A stretch of DNA of 63,672 nucleotides. Source: Planctomycetota bacterium (lineage in GTDB: Bacteria; Planctomycetota; UBA8108; UBA1146). The position numbers were made by a program, and so were the translations under genes. Location of the stretch: positions 1-63,672 of the forward strand of contig JAPKAM010000005.1 of the NCBI GenBank assembly GCA_028825265.1. Direction: 5' to 3'. Positions 1 to 7,862 of this stretch are shown in pieces. Below the pieces are notes generated by a model. The model made no database searches. It had not been told where the DNA came from and was given only the letters and a program-made list of their open reading frames with translations. Within the stretch, counting starts at the first letter, position 1. Every line of letters begins with the position of its first letter.

Positions 1-91
1 ACTGAGACTTCACTGAGGATTCACTACGACAAAGTTTAGAAGCGATACTGAAGCCAGAATAGACGATCCCAAGATGCGAGAGGAGTTCGAG

Positions 92-1003
92 ATGACCATC
101 GATCGACGAGATTTCCTGACCGCCGCAGCGGCGCTCGCTGCAGTCAGCACTACCGGAGTTGCCGGAGCCATAGACGGCAGGAACCGATCCGAGTTCCAAC
201 GCGACGATGGATTTATTCCACTTCCCTGGGGAAAGACACGCTTCGCGGTCAATATCGAGATGTGGGGATTCGGCGGAGGTCCTCATCAAGACAGGATTCG
301 TGCGGCAGCAAAGTTGGGATACCCCGCCGTCGAGATGTGGCCGTGGCGAGGAAAGAACATCGCCGAGATTCGCAAGGCGTGCGACGAGACCGGAGTCGAA
401 GTGGCACAGTTCACGGCTTGGGGTTTTTCTCCCGGCATGAATGATCCGAAGAACCACGATCAATTTGAGAAAGAAATCGCGGCCTCCATCGAGACGGCAA
501 AGAAACTGAAGGCTCGAAAGATGACGGTGGTCGGAGGCAATGACCAGCCCGGAATGACCCAGGAGCAGATGCACGAGAACATCATCACGGGTCTCAAGAG
601 AGTCGCTCCGATGGCCGAAGCGGCCGGCGTGATGTTGATTCTTGAGCCGATGAATATCCGGGTCGACCACAAGGGGCACTGCCTCTACGGCAGTCCGCCA
701 GCGGTGCGAATCTGCAAGGAAGTGAATTCGCCGATGGTCAAGATCAACTGGGATCTCTACCACATGCAAATCACCGAGGGCGATCTGTGTCGTCGTCTGA
801 GAGAGGGTTGGGACCAGGTCGGATACCTGCAACTGGCGGACAACCCTGGTCGTAGGGAACCGGGTACCGGCGAGATCCAGTACTCCCGCGTCTTCAAGGA
901 GGCATGGGACCTCGGCTACCGTGACTTCATTGGACTGGAGTGCTCACCGAGTGTTGAAGAGGCGCTCGCTACCGAGCGTGTCAAAGCGGCGGACGTGTGG
1001 TAG
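92..1003 (+). CDS. Tat-exported hydroxypyruvate isomerase-like TIM-barrel protein (Hyi / xylose isomerase-like family)
   Basis: GAGGAG RBS before ATG 92; twin-arginine signal DRRDFL; Hyi motifs LEPMN, NWDLYHMQI, QLADNPGRREPGTGEI. Confidence 0.85.
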   Translation: MTIDRRDFLTAAAALAAVSTTGVAGAIDGRNRSEFQRDDGFIPLPWGKTRFAVNIEMWGFGGGPHQDRIRAAAKLGYPAVEMWPWRGKNIAEIRKACDETGVEVAQFTAWGFSPGMNDPKNHDQFEKEIAASIETAKKLKARKMTVVGGNDQPGMTQEQMHENIITGLKRVAPMAEAAGVMLILEPMNIRVDHKGHCLYGSPPAVRICKEVNSPMVKINWDLYHMQITEGDLCRRLREGWDQVGYLQLADNPGRREPGTGEIQYSRVFKEAWDLGYRDFIGLECSPSVEEALATERVKAADVW

Positions 1004-1013
1004 GGAAACTATA

Positions 1014-1997
1014 TTGATAAATCTCAAGTCTCTTCCGTTGTTGTTGTCGCTGCTGTTTCTGATGGCGATGGCAGGACCGTTACTTCCAGACCTTCATGCG
1101 CAGGACAGCATTCTCGATGAGTTGGAAGCGGAAGACCCCTGCTCCATCGAAATATATTCTGCTGTGAAACGTTTTCAGCCCGGGGTTCCATTTCAGGTCG
1201 GTGTGCTGATCAAACCGTTACCCGGCTGGCATGGCTACTGGCACTCCTCTCGCGATGGGGGGGATGCACCGGAAGTGATCTGGTCGTTGCCAGATGGATG
1301 GAAGGTCAGCGAGGCGGACTATCCAGTACCGACGCGGATGGTCGAGGCGGGCAACCTGATCTCGATCGGCTACAGCAAACCTTTTCTACTGCGATTTCGC
1401 ATCACTCCCACGGTCCAGGATGATGAGGAAACTCCAGCCAAGATCAGCATCCCGGTGAAGGTGATCTGGCAGGTGTGCGAGAAGACCTGTATCTACGGGG
1501 CGAGTGAAACAGAGTTGAGCATCTCCGCAGGTGGAGCACCGATCCCCATCGATACGGGTGGAAGTACGATCTTGGCCGGCTGGAAAGACCAGTATCCGAT
1601 TCCCGCAGCGAACGCACGAGGCTTCCACTTCGAGCACCAATGGATTCCAGAACAGGGAACAGAGCGGGTTCGAAATGGCACATGGGTGGTGCGCTGGGCG
1701 CGACAGGGTCACGATCGACGCCCAGCAGTTCCGCTGCAGTGGATCGCTTTTCCTCATGGCATCGAAGCGGGCTTGATCTCCGAGGCGAAAGTGCAGAAAT
1801 GGAATCCGGAGTCGACTATCGAGAATGGTCGCCGCATCGGATGGCAGGTTCATTTCCAGTTGAAGGAGTTGGGCTTGGGCTTTCATCCTGGGTTGCTGGG
1901 TGTCACACTGGTACCCAGTCCAGGAAAGGCTGCAGGGCCGGTGCCTGGGATGCCAGCGATCACTTTCGCTGGGCCAGAGTTGAAGAATCAGAAGTAA
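1014..1997 (+). CDS. Exported DsbD/ScsB N-terminal (alpha) domain protein, without the membrane domain
   Basis: Hydrophobic signal peptide; GWHGYW...G.AP.V.W motif and WQVCEKTC dithiol typical of DsbD-N; start uncertain (TTG 1014 follows the upstream stop; ORF open from 921). Confidence 0.75.
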   Translation: MINLKSLPLLLSLLFLMAMAGPLLPDLHAQDSILDELEAEDPCSIEIYSAVKRFQPGVPFQVGVLIKPLPGWHGYWHSSRDGGDAPEVIWSLPDGWKVSEADYPVPTRMVEAGNLISIGYSKPFLLRFRITPTVQDDEETPAKISIPVKVIWQVCEKTCIYGASETELSISAGGAPIPIDTGGSTILAGWKDQYPIPAANARGFHFEHQWIPEQGTERVRNGTWVVRWARQGHDRRPAVPLQWIAFPHGIEAGLISEAKVQKWNPESTIENGRRIGWQVHFQLKELGLGFHPGLLGVTLVPSPGKAAGPVPGMPAITFAGPELKNQK

Positions 1998-2049
1998 TTA
2001 CTAATGCTCAGGAGCCGTAAGGTTCCTGCAAATGGAAAGGAAGCGGCCG

Positions 2050-2625
2050 ATGAGAAGCGTCGCAACCATCTTGGCCCTAGCGCTCTGCTTGTGCAGCGGT
2101 GTTGCATTGCAGGCCGACGATGAAAGTGTCAAGAAGGCTCCTCCCGTGCTGTCTTTCGATCTGAAAGATCTCGACGGCAAGTCGGTCAAGTCCGCGGATT
2201 TCAAGGACAAGTACATCGTGTTGGAGTGGACCGAATCCGGTTGTCCTGCGGTGAAGCCTCTGTACAAGGCCAAAAAGGTACAGAAGTTGGTTGCCGAGTA
2301 CAAATCCAAGGAAGTTCAGTGGTTCTCCGTTTGCTCGACGAAGCACAACACCGTCGAGGGACTCAAGAAATTCACCCAGCAATACGGAGTCGAGCACAAG
2401 ATTCTTACCGACTTCGATGGCAAGGTGGGAAAGAAGTTTGGAGCCAAGAGAACTCCGCATGTCTTCATCCTGAAGAATGGCAAAATCTTCTACCAGGGCG
2501 CATTCGATAACCGCCGTTCGGGAGAAAACTACGTCAAGAAGGCGCTCGATGAGTTACTCGCCAACAAAGAGGTCTCGACACCTCGTACCAAGCCATACGG
2601 CTGAACGGTGAAATACGCGTCGTAG
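2050..2625 (+). CDS. Exported AhpC/TSA (PrxL-like) redoxin, predicted selenoprotein (TGA 2602-2604 = Sec)
   Basis: Signal peptide; VLEWTESGCPAV, GAKRTPHVF and YQGAFD motifs; reading through TGA gives PYG-U-TVKYAS-TAG, matching the family C-terminal PYGCxVKY motif; SECIS-like hairpin follows. Confidence 0.85.
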
Positions 2626-2643
2626 TTCACGACGCATTTTCGC
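2608..2643 (+). promoter_or_regulatory. Putative bacterial SECIS element
   Basis: Stem GCGTCGT (2617-2623)/ACGACGC (2629-2635), loop AGTTC with G at position 2; loop starts 19 nt after the UGA; lower stem GTGAAA/TTTCGC. Confidence 0.75.
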
Positions 2644-2666
2644 TTCGATGTTCTTTTAGATTCTAG

Positions 2667-2700
2667 AGGGCCCGGACGTGATCACGTCCGGGCCCTTTTT
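2667..2700 (+). terminator. Rho-independent terminator
   Basis: Perfect palindrome AGGGCCCGGACGTGATCACGTCCGGGCCCT followed by a T run. Confidence 0.85.
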
Positions 2701-2781
2701 GCATCGCTGGTACTTTCCATAGGTCGGTCCTTGGTCCACGAGTGCCGAAGGTGCATTCTGGGATCACTGATGGGAGTTCGA

Positions 2782-5685
2782 ATGTCACCAATCCGCTTGA
2801 TGATCTTGTGGCTCAGTTGCTTGGTCGGTTTCTCGACTCCGGTCGAAGCCGGCGCGAGAATCCAGGAAGATGGTTGGGTTCCGGTGCCGGTTCCTGGGCG
2901 CTGGGAAACCGCTTTCGGAGATCACGATGGCCACGGCTGGCTCAAGGCATACCTGATTCTTCCAGAGAGTTGGGCGGGAAAGGATCTGGTGCTCCACGCC
3001 GGCCGAATCGATGATCAAGATGAGACCTTCTTCAACGGCGTCAAGATCGGTGAAGGATCGGTTTGGAATCAAGATCGGATCTATGCCATCGATGCGACGT
3101 TGGCCCATGCAGGGGCCAACTTGATTGCCATTCGGATCAAAGATACCGGTGGAAGTGGCGGCATCACCGGCGGGTCCCCGTTCATCGAGGGACCGGACGG
3201 CCGTATCCGCCTCGATGGAGGAACCTGGCTCGGCCGCAAGGGAGACGACTTCTCCTGGAAGGAATGGCCCGTTCCGCAGGGGTCGTTGCAGGCGATGCTG
3301 ATGGCACGGCAGTATCTGGCCACCCAGGGAGCGGGAGCCCGTGCACCGGGTGGCGGAATGCGAACCTCGGGCGAGGCGACCCGACCGAGCGGAGATCTGA
3401 TCCTCTGGTACCGGACACCGGCCGGGAAAAATTGGAACGAAGCGCTTCCGGTCGGCAACGGCAGACTGGGAGGGATGGTGATGGGGGATCCCCGTCACTG
3501 GAAAGTTCAGCTCAATGAGGACGGAGTGTGGGCCGGGACGCCTGCCAACCGTGTCCGTAGGGGGGCGCATCTCCATCTGGACCGGGCACGCGATCTCATC
3601 TTTTCGGGAGAGGTGGTTGAGGCACAGAAACTGTTGCAGGAGCAGTTCATGTCGCCGCGTATGACTCGCTCATACCAGACACTGGCGGATCTGGAAGTGC
3701 ATCAGGCGGATATCGAAGAGTCGATCGATTACCGTCGCTGGCTCGATCTCGATGAGGCCCAGGTGACCGAGGAGTTTACCTCCGGGGGGGTCCAGTATCG
3801 CAGAAGAGTGATCGCCAGCGGGCCGGATGATTGCGTGGCAGCGATCCTCGAAGCGGATCAACCCGCATCGATCTCCATCGATACCAAACTATCGAGAGAG
3901 ACGAGCGGTTCATTGCTTGAACCGATCCGTATCGATGGGAATCGCGCCTGGATGCGATTTGGCGGGCGGGCTTCCCACGGCGAGAGTCAGTTGGGAGCCT
4001 ATTTCGAGTGCCGGGTCAGTATCGTGGTTCAAGGCGGGCTACTGAAGATGAACGGTCCCGGGGTCACGATCGTGGGAGCGGATTCAGTGCTTTTCATGAT
4101 CACGGCAGACAGCGATCCGGATGGAGAGTTCGACCGGGAGAAGTTGGTTCTGCTGCCGGATGACGATGAAGAAATCGTCGATCCTTCCAGTCGATACCAG
4201 CAATTCAAACAGCGCCAGAGTGCCGATCATCGATCGCTGATGGATCGAGTGTCGTTGTCTCTAGGCGGCGAGTCGCGTCGCGCAATCCCGACCGACCTGC
4301 GACTTCAAAGCGTTCAACAAGGGCAGCAGGACCCCGATCTGATTGCGACCTTCTTTCAATTTGGTCGCTACTTGCTGATCAGTTCATCTCGACCAGGATC
4401 TCTTCCCGCCAATCTTCAGGGCATCTGGAATCCTCACATCTCTGCGCCTTGGAACAGTGACTATCACATCAACATCAACCTTCAGATGAATTACTGGCCT
4501 GCTGAAGTGGCGAACTTACCTGAGTGCCACGAACCGCTCTTTGAGTTCATCGATGCGCTGGTGGTACGGGGAGAAGAGACCGCCAGAGAACTCTACAATG
4601 CTCCCGGTTGGGTGGCGCACCACACCAGTGATGTTCATGCCTTCACCGTGCCGATCGGGAGAACGGTATGGGGATTGTGGCCGCTGGGCGGGGCATGGCT
4701 TTGCCGTCATCTGTGGGAGCACTATCAGTTCGGGGGAGATGAAGAATTCTTGCGTGAACGTGCATGGCCAGTCTTGCGTGGCGCCAGCGAGTTTTTCTGC
4801 ACTTACCTGGTCGAGGATCCTGCGACAGGAAAGCTGGTCAGTGGTCCATCTTCCTCTCCGGAGAACTCCTACAAGACTCCCGATGGCCAGGTGGCAGATG
4901 TCGGGATGGGAAATGCGATGGACCAGGAAATCATCTGGGACCTGTTCAGCATGACTCTCAACAGTGCCAAGGTTCTGGGTATTGAAGATGATCTGGTGAA
5001 CACCATCCGTGAGACCCGAAGCCGGATGGCCAGGCCCAAGATCGGCCAAGACGGTCGTATTCTCGAATGGTCACGACCATGGCAAGAAGTGGAGAAAGGG
5101 CACCGCCACATGAGCCACCTTTATGCCCTGTATCCCGGTGAGGAATGGACCGCTGAGCAAACTCCTGAACTGGTGAGCGCTGCTCGTCGTTCGATCGAAT
5201 TTCGCCTCGCCAATGGCGGTGGGCACACCGGTTGGAGTCGAGCCTGGTTGCTCAACTTCTTCGCCCGGCTCGGGGAGGGCAACACTGTGGAGGAGAGTCT
5301 GCAGAAACAACTGTCCAAATCGACTCTCCCCAATCTGCTCGATGATCACCCACCCTTCCAGATCGACGGTAATTTTGGGGCGACCGCGGGAATCGCTGAA
5401 GCTCTGGTCCAGTCTCATGGGAAAGTGCTCCGATTGCTTCCTGCACTTCCCGATGGCTGGGCCGACGGTGAAGTGGCTGGATTACGTACCCGATTTGGGG
5501 TCGAAGTCTCCTTGCGCTGGAAAGATGGTTCCATCGAGTGGGTTCAGCTGGTTCCATCTCGTGATGTTTCATTGATCCTGGCGAGTGATGGGCAGAAACT
5601 GGATCTGACGCTGGTCCAGGGGAAGACCACTGAATTACGGACCAGCCAAGGTCGCCTGATTTCAGGTGAGCCGGTCGGAGAGTGA
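2782..5685 (+). CDS. GH95 alpha-L-fucosidase with N-terminal galactose-binding-like beta-sandwich
   Basis: GH95 motifs [64 protein letters not shown]; signal peptide; start uncertain (ORF open from 2731). Confidence 0.92.
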   Translation: MSPIRLMILWLSCLVGFSTPVEAGARIQEDGWVPVPVPGRWETAFGDHDGHGWLKAYLILPESWAGKDLVLHAGRIDDQDETFFNGVKIGEGSVWNQDRIYAIDATLAHAGANLIAIRIKDTGGSGGITGGSPFIEGPDGRIRLDGGTWLGRKGDDFSWKEWPVPQGSLQAMLMARQYLATQGAGARAPGGGMRTSGEATRPSGDLILWYRTPAGKNWNEALPVGNGRLGGMVMGDPRHWKVQLNEDGVWAGTPANRVRRGAHLHLDRARDLIFSGEVVEAQKLLQEQFMSPRMTRSYQTLADLEVHQADIEESIDYRRWLDLDEAQVTEEFTSGGVQYRRRVIASGPDDCVAAILEADQPASISIDTKLSRETSGSLLEPIRIDGNRAWMRFGGRASHGESQLGAYFECRVSIVVQGGLLKMNGPGVTIVGADSVLFMITADSDPDGEFDREKLVLLPDDDEEIVDPSSRYQQFKQRQSADHRSLMDRVSLSLGGESRRAIPTDLRLQSVQQGQQDPDLIATFFQFGRYLLISSSRPGSLPANLQGIWNPHISAPWNSDYHININLQMNYWPAEVANLPECHEPLFEFIDALVVRGEETARELYNAPGWVAHHTSDVHAFTVPIGRTVWGLWPLGGAWLCRHLWEHYQFGGDEEFLRERAWPVLRGASEFFCTYLVEDPATGKLVSGPSSSPENSYKTPDGQVADVGMGNAMDQEIIWDLFSMTLNSAKVLGIEDDLVNTIRETRSRMARPKIGQDGRILEWSRPWQEVEKGHRHMSHLYALYPGEEWTAEQTPELVSAARRSIEFRLANGGGHTGWSRAWLLNFFARLGEGNTVEESLQKQLSKSTLPNLLDDHPPFQIDGNFGATAGIAEALVQSHGKVLRLLPALPDGWADGEVAGLRTRFGVEVSLRWKDGSIEWVQLVPSRDVSLILASDGQKLDLTLVQGKTTELRTSQGRLISGEPVGE

Positions 5686-5746
5686 TGGATGACGCAGATG
5701 AACGGTACAATCAGATGATCCCGCTGACCCCCTGGAGGAACTCCCG

Positions 5747-7858
5747 GTGAATCCCCGCAACCTGATCATCGCATGTACCATCTTGCTCGTGATCGTCACG
5801 GCGATGGTGTTGTTTCTTCCTGACGATGGGCCGCTGAGCGGCGAGATCGATGGGCCGTCCCAGGATCCATCCACCCGCAGTGGCCAGGGCACCTCCTTCG
5901 ATGAAGGCGGGACCAGCAGCCGTGATGGAGGGGCAAACACATCTTCCAGAACTGACGGGTCGGGCCGCTCTGATGAAGACTCTTCCGCTAGCGCCGTAGA
6001 CACCACCGGTACTCGGTTTCGCAATCAAGGAACAGGATCGACCGGAGGATCTTCTGCAGTCGAATCGGGAGCGACTTCTTCCGGGCAGGATCCCCTGTCT
6101 AACAGTCGCGGAGCCGCGGATTCTCGAGGTTCGGGGAATCAGGGTTCGAAGCCTGGCTCTCGAAGGGGAAATCAGGCTTCTGCTAGCCAACTTCCAGATG
6201 GAATGGTGCGGATCAACGGTGAAGTGATGCTGGAAGATGCTCCCACCGAGGTGTTGGATCAATTGTCTGGCCATCTTCAGATCGGATCGCTGGCTGGTTC
6301 TCGTTCGATCCCGGTGATTCGTGGACGGTTTCAACTGGTCACGCCGCAGGAGGGTGCGATTCAGTTTTTTGGTGCGATCATCGAAAATCGTCCTGCCCGG
6401 GTGGTGGCTCCGATCGGCATCATCAAATCTCGAGCCGCTGGAGTGGTGCGGGTGATTCTCCGATACGACGCACTCACGATGCTCTCCCTGAAATCAGCCG
6501 TTACTGGTGAAGAGTTGACCGATGTCGAGGTGATCCGAGTGCAGGATTACTCTCGTAGTTCACTGCCTCACCCGGGATGGGCGTTGCCGGAAGATCCCCG
6601 GATCGTCTCGCAGCAAAGTCCGGTCGCGCTCGACGGGCGGATCGGGTCGATCGGATCCGCGGTGGCGCTTCACGCCCGAGCTCTAGGTCACGAATGGCGT
6701 CGGATCACCGTCGATCTGGTGGCCGGGGGTGAACGAGAACTGAGCCTTGAGCAGAGTGGGACCATCTCGTTGAGATTGTTCGGCGATACCGAGAGAGAAG
6801 GAGTGGTTCTGCGACTGCGAGAGCAAGGTCGAGCGGGATCCCCTCATTCGGAAGTCACCGTCACCGGTGTCTCGACCCAGCAACTCGAGGGACTGTTGCC
6901 GGGGTCCTGGATTGCAACATTGGAATCGGGCCACTGGGCGCATCAACCAGAGGTCTTTGATGAGATCTCCTTCGAATTGACGACCGAAGATGTGCTCGAA
7001 CTGGATTTGGAGATTCCATTCGATGATGAAGAGAGAGTCGATCTGGCGGGCTCCGTGTTCATTCCCGAGGGTTGGCAACTGGACAACTTCTCGGTGAGGA
7101 TCAGACCCACGGGTCCTGGTAGCGACCCCATCAACGACACCATCGAGGTGCAAAGTGTTTCGATGGTCAGCACCTCGATGGCCGGAGGCTTCCTCTGGGA
7201 ATGGGGTCCAGTGCAGGTGAAACAGGGGAGCCACGGTATCCTGGTTTTACCTGTCGGGGTCGGAGACCTGTTTCAGGTCGGCGAAGATGGGTTACTGGAT
7301 GCCAACATCGAATTGCCCGCACCTGTCGACATCTCGGTGCAAACGGTGCTTGCCGATGGAACGGGCGTGGCCACACCGAGTTTGATTCGGTGGGCTCCGG
7401 TTCGTCCTCCCGGAACCCCGGGTGCTGGGGCGATCCCGGTCGGATCGGCCACCAACGGTTTCTTCCAGTTCCAGGTGCCGGTGGGGGCCGTGTTGATCTC
7501 CTGCTCCGATGTGGCGTACCGACCCACGCATCAACAAGTTCAGGTCACTCTTTCGGGACCCAACGAGTTCACATTGCCACTAGAGCCCGCAATGGGGATG
7601 CGGCTCTTCCTCGATGAGAACGGAACTTCAGTTCCGTGGGATCTGGCCTGGCATCCCGCAGTGAGTGCACAGGGGCATAACGGCACAGTGGTGACCCGCG
7701 GCCGTACCGGGAATGGCTACCGGGTGCTGGTCAGTGCACCAGGGCTGTATCTCGTCACCGTTCCCGAATTGACAGGCTTCATGCCTGTCGACCCCTTTGT
7801 CGTACAGGCCATCGAAGGCAATGTCGTCGAAGAACTGATCCAACTCGAATCGGAGTGA
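5747..7858 (+). CDS. Membrane-anchored hypothetical protein with S/G/T-rich linker and beta-sandwich (carboxypeptidase-regulatory-like) repeats
   Basis: GGAGG RBS before GTG; N-terminal TM helix; low-complexity linker; 703-aa ORF. Confidence 0.65.
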   Translation: MNPRNLIIACTILLVIVTAMVLFLPDDGPLSGEIDGPSQDPSTRSGQGTSFDEGGTSSRDGGANTSSRTDGSGRSDEDSSASAVDTTGTRFRNQGTGSTGGSSAVESGATSSGQDPLSNSRGAADSRGSGNQGSKPGSRRGNQASASQLPDGMVRINGEVMLEDAPTEVLDQLSGHLQIGSLAGSRSIPVIRGRFQLVTPQEGAIQFFGAIIENRPARVVAPIGIIKSRAAGVVRVILRYDALTMLSLKSAVTGEELTDVEVIRVQDYSRSSLPHPGWALPEDPRIVSQQSPVALDGRIGSIGSAVALHARALGHEWRRITVDLVAGGERELSLEQSGTISLRLFGDTEREGVVLRLREQGRAGSPHSEVTVTGVSTQQLEGLLPGSWIATLESGHWAHQPEVFDEISFELTTEDVLELDLEIPFDDEERVDLAGSVFIPEGWQLDNFSVRIRPTGPGSDPINDTIEVQSVSMVSTSMAGGFLWEWGPVQVKQGSHGILVLPVGVGDLFQVGEDGLLDANIELPAPVDISVQTVLADGTGVATPSLIRWAPVRPPGTPGAGAIPVGSATNGFFQFQVPVGAVLISCSDVAYRPTHQQVQVTLSGPNEFTLPLEPAMGMRLFLDENGTSVPWDLAWHPAVSAQGHNGTVVTRGRTGNGYRVLVSAPGLYLVTVPELTGFMPVDPFVVQAIEGNVVEELIQLESE

Positions 7859-7862
7859 GTCG

